Source: Camelus ferus (taxonomy: Eukaryota). From it: a stretch of 64,000 nucleotides of DNA. Position 1 is the first letter of the stretch, and every line of letters starts with the position of its first letter. The position numbers and the translations under genes are program-made. The DNA is taken from NCBI RefSeq assembly GCF_009834535.1, contig NC_045697.1, positions 13,828,001 to 13,892,000 of the forward strand. Direction: 5' to 3'. The notes under the pieces are model-generated. The model had not been told where the DNA came from. It was given only the letters and a program-made list of their open reading frames with translations, and did not search any database. Shown here piece after piece: positions 24,781 through 37,491 of this stretch.

Positions 24781-27499
24781 TAAGAGAGAGAGGGTGAGCT
24801 GAATCTGGCAGTCAAATCCACCAGCATTGCCTTAAGGGGCTGGGGCATCACTGGAAACTCAGGGATTCACCTACCCAGAACACACCCCGAGGTGATGTGG
24901 CTTTGGACGAGTCTGGCAGCCAAGAAGGGCAGGCTGAGCCCACATTCCTGAGAACTGTGGGACTAGGGTGACTGCCAACTTTCCACCAACTTCTGTCTCC
25001 AGATAAAGAACAAAACTGCTTCACTGGATTTTAGAGAAAAGTCCGCAAGAGGAATTCTTTTATAATCCCTTGGATTTCAACAAAATTTGTCCAAATGATG
25101 TTTCTGTTGTTTTTCCAAGTTAAAATCCAATCCATACACTTTAAAGTTTTTCTTAGGGCTATAAAATACATTTGGAAAACAATATTATTACAATATTAAT
25201 ATGGGGGAAAATTGCTAATTGTCTGGTTAAAGAAATCTTGCTTGGATCAATTTGTTGCCCTGCCAGTAAAACTTTAAAACACTGACAATATATTTACTTT
25301 AAAATGTTCTAGGCTTTTCAGTGTTGATGATTTTATAAACTGAATATGAATCTTCTGATTTATAGAGTGGTTAATTTGGGATAGGTTGAAGAAATACATT
25401 TTAAAAAGAGTGGCCATCACCCCATATCTTCACTGAATTGTTAAGTTCTTATTTAAAATAATGTAAGTAATTTTTTGGTTTTCAATGACGGTTTAACATC
25501 AGTTTCTCTGAGCGTCTCAAACGCAGTGCGGAAATCCCCTTGATCACAGCTATGACTGATTTATTCTTAATTGCATACTGACGTTACTTAACTTCCTCTA
25601 AATTTTGGCAGTTTTTTTTACCATTCAGTGCAGCAATCTTTTCGTGAGAAAAAAATACTTACTCCAAAGTGAAAACAGGTTTCTCTGTGGGTGTTCTGAT
25701 ATATTTGTCACTTTCCAGTTCTAGAGTATTTGGGCTTTGAAAGCGACTTTTTGAACTTTATAAACGTTTTTGAAATAGTTATTGTGTTTTAATGTTATTT
25801 TTCAACATCTTCAAGTTAAATTTTGTTTAGAAATTTGCTTTCTGCAAGTACTAATATAAGGAGACAGTACCAAGTTCAACCGGAAATTCATACGCAGATT
25901 GTAAATGTATTTACACAGGTTACTTCCTTATAAATGGAATTACAATGAAGCCAGAATCTGAAGGGATAAATAAGACTTTGAATGAGTATGGAGATTAGCT
26001 ATTCATATTCCATTTTTTAAAATAAAGAGATTCAGACTCAGAGAGGTTAAGTGATATGTCCAAGGACACACAGAGATCAATAAAACCTGCTATCTGAGCC
26101 CAACTCTCATGCTCATTCTACTACACCTCATCGACCTGTTACTTTTTGGCATTTCTCAAAGAATTCCATCCACTGAGAGGAATATAAGGAGAAAAAAATT
26201 GGAATTGGAACAGTGATGAAAGATTTCTGTGGCTTTGAGACAATGAACAAACGACGCATTAGTCAATCATTTTACTACCTCCTCCCACCCATCCTGGAAA
26301 ATTTGGTCAGACAACAAATTTGTTTTTTGTTTATTCCAGTAATTCTGCAAATGATTCTAGGAGGAAAAAGGACAGACAAAAAATAAATAGAAGACTTGAT
26401 TCCAGATCTGAGGCAATATGCAATACAGTGATAAAGAAATGACACACAAAAAATAAGGAAAGAATGATTTTATGAAGCCATGTATCAGCAAGCTCAGATT
26501 AACATGCAAATCAACACTTCCAGTCCTGGGCAAAGGGATGCAAGTGGAAGTAGATTTTTATTATAATCAGATGTACTACCTTTGAAAGGAAGTTAATTTT
26601 AACGAATCTCAAAAGAAAGAAAATAAGACTAGGTGGGGAGAAGAAGGGAGGGAGCAGGTTAAAAACTCGAAGACAGTGATGGTATTAGCTTGAGGAACTC
26701 AGAGAGGGAAAGGGTAGAAACATGTGGAATTGGTAAAAATCATTGAATTCTAGACTTCAGAGTCTATATTTGATAGCGAAGACTTTAAAAAATGTTAAGG
26801 AATGAAAAAACTCCTTAAGACTTTGCCCTTTTGGATGCCTGAAATGCAAAATGTCCCAACTCAAACACATGACCTTCTCCCCCTTTGAGTCACAAGTTTC
26901 ACAAGCCTGGAGCCTGAGTCATCCGTAACTGCTCCCTCTCCCTCCCCCAGCCTCTCCGAACACAAGTCATTCCGAGGTCTGGCAGTTTTACTTCCTAGAC
27001 ATCTCTTCAGTCCATCTGCTTCTCTCCATCCTTAATCACCACAATCCTACTGTAAGCTTCCACTGTCTTTCTCCAGAATTATTTTATTAAAATAGCCTGG
27101 TGTGTCCACTGTCAGCCTGTCAGGTCCCTCTGCAATCCAGCATCTCATCACGTTAAAAGTTAATGTGACCAACTGCTCACAACTTCCATAAATCACCGTG
27201 GGAAGCCTTTCATCAGCTCTCCTCCATCTGTCCCTCTAGCCTCACCTTGCTCTCTGTGTACCACACTCGCTGACCTTCCATCTTTATTTGTGCTCATCCT
27301 GATTCCTTCCCAAACACGTGACCTGTATTTATAATGTTCTCTTCTTTTTGACCAAGTTCATATGAACTCATTCTTCAGCTCTCTTCTTCAAGAGCATGTT
27401 CCACGGCATCCTCCTCTGACTGGCCTGAGTAGGTCAGATCCCTGCCTTGGGCTCAGAGACCTCTCCTTTGAAGCACTTACCACCATTGCTAGAAACTAT

Positions 27500-27680
27500 C
27501 CCCTTCAGTCATCAAAACAACCCCATGAAGGTGGTTGAATTATTTTTACATTCTGTTGATGAGGAAACTGAAGAATAAAGAGGTTAAATAAATTGTTCAA
27601 GCTTATAAGAATAAAAAGTGACAGAACCAGGCAACAGACGTAAGCAGCCTGACTTCCAAGCCTGTGCTCTCAATGCTGTA
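27500..27680 (-). mobile_element. MIR SINE
   Basis: aacaaccccatgaaggtgg...gatgaggaaactgaag...agaggttaaataaattgttcaag core. Confidence 0.8.
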
Positions 27681-28984
27681 GCTACTTCTACATTGTTGTC
27701 AAATGGGTGGGTGGACAGACAGCTGAATCGGCAAATGACTTAATGTCAGCGGCTGTTTTCTGGGTACTTGAAAGAAGAAAGAGAAGGAACGATGGCTCCC
27801 CATAGAGTTGCAGCGGCAATCGGGTGTTTCGGTCATGGGTGATGCTGGTAATGGAAAAAGATCTGAAGGGTGCGTCTTTGAGGCAGTGAGAACTGAGACA
27901 GGTGATGGCTAATGTGTCAAGGTCAGAATTGGAAGAGATGTTGACAGCAATTCTAAGACGGGAACCTAAGGAAATTGGGAGAGTAATGTTGAGAGGCTTT
28001 TATAAATGCTGTGGGACCCTTTCAGTTTCAAAGATTTTGTCCACTACATCCTCCAGGTGAGCTTCACAAAACTTTCTCACATCATCCCCTTCCACGACTA
28101 GAAATACCTATTTTAATTTGTAAATCCCTCTGAAACACACCATTTTTACACCTCATTATTGGGCTGATACACAGTATAATATGACTCTCTTGACTAGACC
28201 TCATTTGTGCTATTTTATGACAGCTAGCTATTTATTGATCATTGAAATTTCAGCGATTTCATTTTATTACTGATTTCTACTTGCAACAAAAATTGGGGCA
28301 CCAATTATGCAGAATGCAGCTATAGAAGCCAATTGCCATAAGGTTAAATTTGCCTCCCCCCTTCAACAATTATTAGCAATTTTATGAGGCTTTTGAGAGT
28401 CACTATTTTTTTTCCTGGAAATTTCTTTTAGTCAACACATTTTCAAAGCATTATTTGTCTTCTGAGAGGTTTCACCAAGACAAACCATCAGCGTGGTTAA
28501 ATAATAACTAATAAATTAGACTATGAAAAAGAGCTTCTCTAAGAAACAGTCATGACAGAGGTAAACTTTTCAGCAGCACTTTAAAATATTCTATAAAGTG
28601 TGTTGTTAGAGCTTTATTTTTAAGTACACATTTTCTAAGAAACAAGAATAACCACTTAGAGATGCATGAAGTGGTTTAACTGGAGCCCTGGGTACAGTAT
28701 CAGAAAGCCCTACCTCCGCATCACGCATAATCAGACAGTATGGGCTTGTTTTTGCTTTTATTCCCCCCCCCCCCTTTAAAAGCATAACTTCGACTTTGAT
28801 GACTTCTCAAGTGAACTTTAACAGCTGGCTTGTCCAAGGTATTAAATTCTTCGAGGGGGAAATAATCTTAAAAAATCTTGGAAAAAAACATCTGGTAGCA
28901 GATTTGTTCGTTTGGTTTTTGTTGTTCTTGTTGATTCTGGTGGGGAGTGATGGAGAGAAGAAAATGAATCTGCTCTCATTCTAG

Positions 28985-29220
28985 TATAAATTAGCAGTGA
29001 AGAGTGTGAACTCTGAAGCCATATTTCTCCTTTTTAGCTGTGCAACCTTGAGAAAGTTACTTGATCCCCCTGTGTCTCCGTTTCGCCACATGTAGAGTGG
29101 GATAAGGGTAGCAGTAAGTGCGTCGAGTGTTTGCACTGGTTGAACGGCTTGTAAAGGGGCTGAAAGAGCTCCCGGCATATAACAAGGGCATAATCAACGC
29201 TAGTTCTTACCATTATTAAA
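28985..29220 (+). mobile_element. MIR SINE
   Basis: tagctgtgcaaccttgagaaagttacttgatcccctgtgtctccgtttc core. Confidence 0.75.
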
Positions 29221-31073
29221 TGTTAATTTCAACAAATCAGTCGCTTGTTCCAAGACTATCATGGTTTCCCATAATCTTCAAATCAGACTGAACTTCCTTT
29301 CTGTCTTTCAAAGAAATCCATAATTAATACCCTCCCTGTCTGATTCCTGTCTCTCTACGTGTATAAGCCACGTACTCTAATAAGATTGTCTCTTCACTGA
29401 CTTATAAATACCTTTTACTCATTAATCTAAGTGAACCACTTTTAAAAATTCCTCCATGTATTAATAGTATCCCCCATTGAATTAATTAATATTTCCTTGT
29501 TAATGGGTGCACGAATTGTGTCCATGTCTTTTTATTTTATTAATGATAAAGTGTACATATTTGTATTCACATTTAAATCCCAATTTGGTTGTTTTATAAC
29601 TGACAGTAAAAATAATTTGAAACATATCTGGAAATTTAAAATGTGAAGGATTGTTGTGAGTAATTTGATTAAGAAGATGATTAGCAATTTACATCCCAGA
29701 TATTAAAATGCCTTCAAGACTTATAATGACCCAAAAAGTGCAGTCGTGAACGGCAACTGAATCTGGATCAATGAAACAAAACAGATAGAGAACTTCTCAT
29801 CAAAACCCACACCAAATGCAAACTGCGAAGCAGGAAACACACTGGATACAAGAATGGTACATAAAAGGTAAATATTTTTGATATATGAAAAGTCTTAAAA
29901 TAACAATAAGAAAAATCAAACACTGAACAGAAATTCTAAAATACAACATTTGAATATATCAACTTGACCTATTTTTCCTAGCAAAGTTGTTTGCATAATT
30001 GATAGCAGAAATAAATTTAAACTGGCAAAAAGAAAAAAAAGAGACTAGGAAAAGAAATCTAACATTGCTTATCAAAGATGTCAAAGGATTCATAATTTTT
30101 GATGCAGTAATCCCATTTCTAGGATCCTAACCTAATTAAAAATTAAAGAAATACTTATTAAATATATCTAAGTATGTATGCCATATCATTATTAAAATAG
30201 TAAAAAAGAAATTCACAGCTCTTGGTCCACCAATAGGGGGAGATTAATTAATTAGTATAGGGATTTGATTTTCAAGTAGTAGGGATTTTCAAATGGTAGC
30301 TAATGACAGTAGAAAATACTTGCAAAATATTAAACAACAAAAGCCAGGTAACTTACAAAATATGAAAGCTTATATGCCAGCTTCAAACCCTACGTTGCCC
30401 ACTCAAGGAGCCAAACAAAAGGACTGAAGACTGGAAAGGTAGGGCACTTTAATCAGCAGTGAAATGAAGGAACAGCATCAGACACAAATGTCAAGGAATT
30501 TTGACGGGTATATTACAGATGGAGACAGATTGAAAGACAGACACATACTACCCTGTCCAAGAAAATGATGCAGAACAGCAGGAAGTATTAAAAAAAAAAA
30601 AAAAAACCTGGCATAACATCATAGCCATCTCTACTTCAGAGACAAGATTTCCAGTCAAGAATTTTCTGCGTGAGTAATGAGGACCCCTACTTGGGATTCT
30701 TTTATTTGTAGTGGACGAGACATGATCAGATGCAGCATCCTGTGGCCCTTTCCAGGTATTTGACGAAAGAATGCCTGGGGGCCACCCTTCTTGTCTCTTT
30801 CCTCATCTCTCATCAGAAGACGAGCCAGAATATATATAGTATATATAGTAATGTGAACGTGGACAGTTCATCCTCTTTAAGTCTCTGTTTGCTCATCTGT
30901 GAAATGGGAATAATAATAGTGCCTACCCTATGGAGTTGTGAAAACCAAATAAGGCAACGCTAAGGAAACTCAAATACGAGAATATCTCACTAGGTCTTGA
31001 GGGTGGTTACAATCTTAACTAAGAGTCTGGAAGTGTGGATTTTGAAGGTGTAGTGGCCCATGAGAGAGACGGT

Positions 31074-31522
31074 GTGTTAGGTAGGGTGTTCCGGGGAACA
31101 CATTCTGATGCAGGGATTTGCCTGCTCTAGGATCAAAGTCCTCCAGCCCCAGCTGGAAGGTGCAATGCCCGATGCAGGCTCACAGCAGAGGCCTCCCCTA
31201 GGAGTTGCAGGACAAGGAGACCAGCAGGGCTGGATAGAAGAAGCAGTTGAAATTCAATGCGGCTGTAGCGAAGGTTTCAGCCTTTGCCATGGAAAGCTTT
31301 CATGCCAGGACGATCCTTCAGAAATCGCAGACCACACACTGGGTACTGGCCGTCCTTGGAGAGGAGCCTACCTGCCAGGGAAGCAGGTACTTTGGGGCAG
31401 GGCGATTCCTAAGGGAGGCCTCTGCTGTGAGCCTTCAGCAGGCAATGCACCCACCAGCTGGGGCTGGAAGACTTCGGTCCTAACCAGAGTCTGGGCCGAG
31501 CCCCACAGCAGCCATTTATGGA
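31074..31522 (-). mobile_element. LTR16-family (ERVL) LTR carrying an internal inverted duplication
   Basis: Matches recalled LTR16C antisense motifs (ctgtgagccttcagcaggcaatgcacccaccagctgggg; ccccacagcagccatt); 31128-31208 is an inverted copy of 31402-31482. Confidence 0.65.
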
Positions 31523-32399
31523 CGGTGCTTAGAACCTTTAGCCACCACAAAGCAAGAGTCCGAGGGAGATTCCGCAGAGATCTGCAGGGTGCAAGGACTT
31601 ATTTTTTTCCCGGCCTAATTTTTTTTATCCCCAACACAAGAGAGCATTTTAAATATATTATATACTCTTTCAGAGAGGCTTACTCAAACCCCCAAGGCAA
31701 AAACTACAGAAAGGAGGACAGGCCTAATGACACAGAAAACTGACTATTAGAGGCCCAAAGCTGGACCCTCGGACAAAAGTGTCAGCAACTTCATAGGAAG
31801 AAAAGGAAGGCACGTGCATGACTCCCCCTCCACAGACACGCACAAACGCACTCAGGCAAGTTCTCCACTTTAGAATAGACTTCCAGCCTCCACTCTGTTT
31901 TTAGGGGCGCATTTCAACAACAGGGTAAACAAAATAATTGGATATAACAGGTTAAAACACAGAGGAAAGAGGGCTTTTTCTTTGCTGCTTGTCCAAAGCT
32001 AATGTCTTTAGGAAACCAGAGAGGAAAGACTCTCTTGGGCTGGGCAGGGGGACAGGGGCTTTAATGTTCACAGTGTGATGAGAATTCTGCCACTGGGGGG
32101 TTCTGAGGGAGGAGGTCCCCCATGCTGCAGTCAGAGAAGAGCTTCCCATGGGGCTGTGAACTCAGAGAGAGGAGACCTTGCTGTGTGCTCCCTGGTTAGA
32201 GCCTGGAGAGGCTGAGAACCCCCACATCTGTGTGGACATCCACACAAGTTTTAAACCCTCTCATTAATGAATCCCCTGGTGCAAAGTAGCCAGAAGGAAT
32301 TGAATGAATCCTATGACCAAAGGAAACTTGCAAATCAATAAAAAGTCAACCACTCCAACATGAAGACAAACAAACAAAAAAAGATTCCAAGCACTTTTG

Positions 32400-32920
32400 A
32401 TTACTGTTTTATTTTCTGAAAATAATGTGAGATTCATTCATACTGATGCTATAATTTATCCATTTTCCTATTGACAGGTAACAGGGGTTGTTTCTAGCTT
32501 TTGTGTATCACAATGTGGTGGACAGCCTTCTTATGCATGTCCCCTTGGTGCTCACGTGCAAGAAATTCTGAAGGGTGTATATTCAAGAGTTGAATCACAG
32601 AGTTGAAAATTTTGCCTATCAGCTTTACCACACAATGCCAATTTGTTTCCAAAATACTTGTAACAATATATACTCCCACCTATAGCGTATATGTCAAGGC
32701 TTAATTCCCACAAACTCTGGTATTGTCAGATTGTTTTTAAATGCCAATCTGTTGGAACTAAAAAGGCATCTCATTGGGGATTTCATTTGCATTTCATAAT
32801 TTTAGTGATACTGAGTCTTTCTTACGTATATTGACAATTCACATTTTCTGCAAAATGCTTGTTTATACCTTTGCTTCAGAAGTGAATGTACAGGAAATTT
32901 ATGTTTTCTTTTAATTTGTG

Positions 32921-32951
<31 letters not shown>

Positions 32952-34340
32952 TATATGAATAGAAAATGCGGTCTAAATGATAATGGTTCTCTGAAATGTG
33001 TTAAGACTTGCTCTATGGCCTGTGGCTTTATGACATTGGTCAGATTCATCTAAGTATTCATGTGAGCTTGAAAAGAATAAGTATTTTCCAGTTGTTCTGT
33101 ATGGGATCAAACTTCCTTGTGTATCCTCTGCACATCCACTAGATCAAGCTTATCTATTGCTTGTTTTATCTACTTGATCTATTCAATACTAATAGCAGTA
33201 TGTTAAAACACCCAATTTTTGGATGCATCATCTATTTCTTTTTTTAATTGCAAAAACTTTCACTCTAATAAATTTTGAAGCTATGATGTTCAGAATATGT
33301 GTTTAGAATTATTGTATTTTTCTGGTGATCTGATCCTTTAATCACTATTTAGCCACAGTAGCTTACTCTCATTAATATCGTCTAATATATCATTTTGTCT
33401 CTTTCTCTTACAGCTATTCGTATACTTAGAAGATTTATACCAATAGTGAAAGATGTGCATATTGTAAAGAGTATTTTGCTGTATAAGATACAGTGAAGAA
33501 GGTCAGTAAGTTTCTGGTAATTCTATTGAAAGTCTATTGAAAGTTTAATAAAATTCTTCCAGAGTGATCTTTGCCCTTTACTTTTTTGTGATTATTGATA
33601 TGAACAGATTTAATTTTATCTTCTTAGTTTCTGCACTGTTTCTTGTTTGCTGGGCTCCTTTTTGTTCTTCTCCATTTTTTTCTTCTATTGTGTTTTTTTT
33701 TTTTCCTATCTTGTTTCATTTAGTAGTTTGGAAGTTACACACTCCAAATTCTTCTCTTCTTTAAATCACTACTCATTTTTTTTAACTTTCATATTGTACT
33801 TAACAAAGACTAATGTAAATCAATGTATTCACTCTTTTTTTAAACAGCTCAAAGGAACTAGTCTGTTCAGACTCTTATCAGTCACACATACACAGACACA
33901 GGCACACACACACTAACTCCAGATTTTATTTTTTCTAATCCCTTCAATATAAGTGTTATCATAACATGCTTACAATTTCCTCTAATCATCAACTTTTTTT
34001 TTTAATCAGGCCTTTATTTTGGAATAATTTTTCTTCTTCCTGAAGCATCTCCATTTCTTCAGTAACTCAGTTTTATTCGTCTGAAGATATCTTCTTTTGC
34101 CCCTGCTCTTGAAACATTATTTTGAAGGCTATCTAGTCCCAGATAAATGATTATTAATCCTCAATATTTTAAATGTATTATTTCTTCACACTCTTCTGTC
34201 AAAGTTCTATGTTTCTATCTTTGGTGTTTAATAGTTCATTGTGATGTGTTTTTGTTTATGCTGCTTGGAAATATATTTCCAAGTCTAAAGAGTTATGACT
34301 TTTGCCTTTTGTCAGTTTTTAGAAGATCCATAGTCATTAT
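32400..34340 (-). mobile_element. Decayed antisense L1 (L1ME-like) segments
   Basis: ggggttgtttctagcttttg...atatactcccacc...ggtattgtcaga; gtgagcttgaaaagaataagtattttcc; ORF 32494-32679 resembles the L1 ORF2 C-terminus. Confidence 0.65.
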
Positions 34341-35730
34341 CTTTTAAATGTTGATAATTAGAAGCACAATCTCTGCTGTTAGACTGCCTAGATTTGAATC
34401 TTGGTTCTGCCACTTACTAGCTAGGGAAGCTTGGGAAGTTATTTAGTCAATTTCTATCCCAGTTTCCCCACCTATACAAAGCAGTAGTAATAATAATAGT
34501 AATAATATTAATGCCCACATGGTAGGGTTAGAATTCTCCCTGGGCTATAGTAAATGTATGTTTAACACCATTTGTAATATTAGTAAGTATTATTATTTTT
34601 ATGATAGTAAAATAATATTTTTTTTCATCTTCTGAAAATCTGATCAGTCATTTCTTAGAGTGCATAGCTCTGTATTTCAAATCCCTAAAGCTCTTTTTAA
34701 TAGTTTCTCTTTTTGCCTCCCTGTTTGTCTCTGAATTAATTTTTTTCACATTTGTCTTAATTTCAGCTCTATCAGACTATTTTTAACCTATCCAACGAAT
34801 TCTATGTAGAATATATCCTATAACCTATAATGATCCTAATAGTTTTCCTGAATCTGACTGTGCCTTTTATTGTTTCTGCTGACTCTCATTCATGGTGCCT
34901 TGCTTCCTTATGTGCGTATGTGTTTTGTGTTTGTATCTTAAGCTCACTTTTGAGGAACTGTATGTCATAATTCCTTGAATACAGGATTGGGCATGCATTC
35001 TTCCATGAATGAAACCCAAAACTCCTTAAATTCAGTTCACAACCTGGGTAGTGATAGTATGACCCTTAAACTGGCTAGAGAGATGCGTTGCGGGAGAGTC
35101 TCAAGGGAGACTCTTAACAGCCCCTACCACACTCTAACTCAAAGACACTCATTTGTGAGTTTGGGGGTTTTTTTTCATTCATTTTTGAAGAGTGCCTTTC
35201 CACCAACCCCAGCCAAATAACTCTTTTACTGAAGTTTTAGAAATTCTGCCTGTTTCAGTAATCAAATACTCACTGACCTGGATCAATGGTCTGTCTGATT
35301 TGGGGGTCATTTTGTTTCCTCATGTCTTATCTTTCACTCCTTCCCAGATTTTCAATTAGTTTTTCAACAGATCATCCAGGCATCTTTAAGTTTTTCTTTT
35401 TTAAACAATTTACTGTTAAATGTTTTGTATTTGGAGGATATTTTTTAATGCTTCATCTGCTATATTGTCAGGATGAGAATTTGATGCTTAATCTCAAAAT
35501 TTTGTTTAAATTCTAAGATAATTCAACCCAATGAATATCTCTGTATGATATTAGATTTTTAACAAACCACTTAATTAATAAAAATATTTCAAAGTAGAGA
35601 TAGATTTTTTACATATGCAAAATTGTTTTCTATTTGATACTGCTACTGTATACACACCTACAAGAAGGCTAGATGAATTTTCATCCAATATGTTGAAATA
35701 AGTTGTGCTGCTTAAAAGTAGGACCATGTA

Positions 35731-36933
35731 CCCTACAAACAAAAGTCCAGGACCAGATGACTTTACTGGGGAATTCTACCAAACATACAAAGAACTTATA
35801 CTGATCTTACTCAAATTCTTCCAAAAAACTGAAGAGGAAGGTACATTCTCAAACTCATTCTATGAAGCCACCATCACCCTGATACCACTACCAAAAAAGA
35901 AAATTACAGGCTAATATTATTGATGAACATAGATGCAAAAATTCTCAAAAATATTAGTAAACAGAATCCAACAACACATAAAAAAGACCATACACTATGA
36001 TCAATTTGGATACAACCCAGATACAAAGATGGATCAACATGCACAAATCAATCAATGTGATACATCACTTCAACAAAAGAAAGGACAAAAATCACATGAT
36101 CATCTCAATAGATTCAGAAAAAGCATTTGCTAAAATTCAACACTCATTTATGATAAAAACTCTTACCAAAGTGGGTATAGAGGGAAGAAATCTCAACATA
36201 ATAAAAGCTCTTTATGACAAACACATGGCCAACATAATACTCAAGAGTGAAAAGTTGAAAGCCTTCCTACTGAAATCTGTATGGATAGTCCTCAATAAAC
36301 TAAAAATAGACTTACCATATGATCCAGTAATCCCTCTCCTGGGTAAATATCCAGAGCAAACTCCAACTCAAAATGACACATGCACCCCAATATTCATAGC
36401 AGCACTATTTACAATAGCCAAGACATGGAAACAACCTTAAATGTCCATGGACAGATGACTGGATAAAGAAGTTGTAGTATATTTATACAATGGAATACTA
36501 CTCAGCCATTAAAAAGAATAAATACCATTTGCAGCAACATGGATGGACCTGGAGATTGTCATTCTGAGTGAAGTAAGCCAGTAAGAGAAAGAAAAATGCC
36601 ATGTGATATCACTTAAAATGTGGATTTTTTTTTTAAATAGAGACACAAATGAACTTATTTACAAAACAGAAACAGACTCACAGTCATAGAAAACAAACTT
36701 ATGGTTACCACAGGTGGAAAGTGGGTGGGAAGGGATAAAACTGATAAACAACAAGTTTATACTGTATAGAGCAGGAAACTCTATTCAGTATCTTGTAGTA
36801 ACCATTAATGAAAAAAAATATGAAAACAAATATGTGTATGTATATGTATGACTGAATTATTATGTTGTACACCAGAAATTGACACAACATTGTAAACTGA
36901 CTATACTTCAATAAAATAAATGAATGAATAAAT
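35731..36933 (+). mobile_element. Camelid L1, 5'-truncated with a large internal ORF2 deletion, 17-bp TSD
   Basis: RT-region peptides ([30 protein letters not shown]) fused directly to the C-terminus ([11 protein letters not shown]...[15 protein letters not shown]); TSD aaaagtaggac(c/t)atgta at 35714-35730 and 36934-36950; TT/AAAA endonuclease site. Confidence 0.92.
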
Positions 36934-37435
36934 AAAAGTAGGACTATGTAGATACAAAAAAACGGTGATTTCCAGAGAACCCTTAAAAAGCAACAAGACC
37001 ACCAATTGCAAAAGGTGATTAGCAAATGAACTATTTCTCCTGTTTGGATGGTCAGTAGTGAGACTGATTTATTTGTCTAATGATAAGTAGAATAGTTATT
37101 TGTTAAATTTCTTCATAATAAAGATAAGCAATTCTCAACAAAAAAAGCTAACCCAATTTCATGGATGTTATGTAAGTTTTCCCTAAGCTAAAATTAAGCA
37201 TAATTTACCAAAGCCATTTTGGCTTAGTAAACACAGTTTTAAGTAAGTATTTTTTATATCTAACTTTACTTATAATGTTACCTTCCAAAAAGAATCTTTA
37301 TGTGAAGAAGAAAACTGTAGATTTTTCTAAGTCAGATCCTTAGAATACCTACCTTTAAATAGAGATGAGAACATATTTTGCCAGAGTAAATTTTCAGCAG
37401 GAAACTTTGAGAGTGGTTACACAATAATATTTTCA

Positions 37436-37491
37436 GTGGTTTTTTTTTTTTTTTTTTTTGGTGCTGCAAAAAAAAAAAAAAAAAAAATCAC
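37436..37491. repeat. T20-loop-A20 inverted repeat
   Basis: gtgg-T20-g-gtgctg-c-A20-tcac. Confidence 0.9.

Noticed and set aside
26886..26921. Two AP-1 sites (TGAGTCA) 29 bp apart
   Set aside because: Within an L2 remnant; no further support.
31108..31743. 211-aa ORF, the longest in the window
   Set aside because: Lies over an LTR16 remnant and its inverted insertion; no recognisable protein features.
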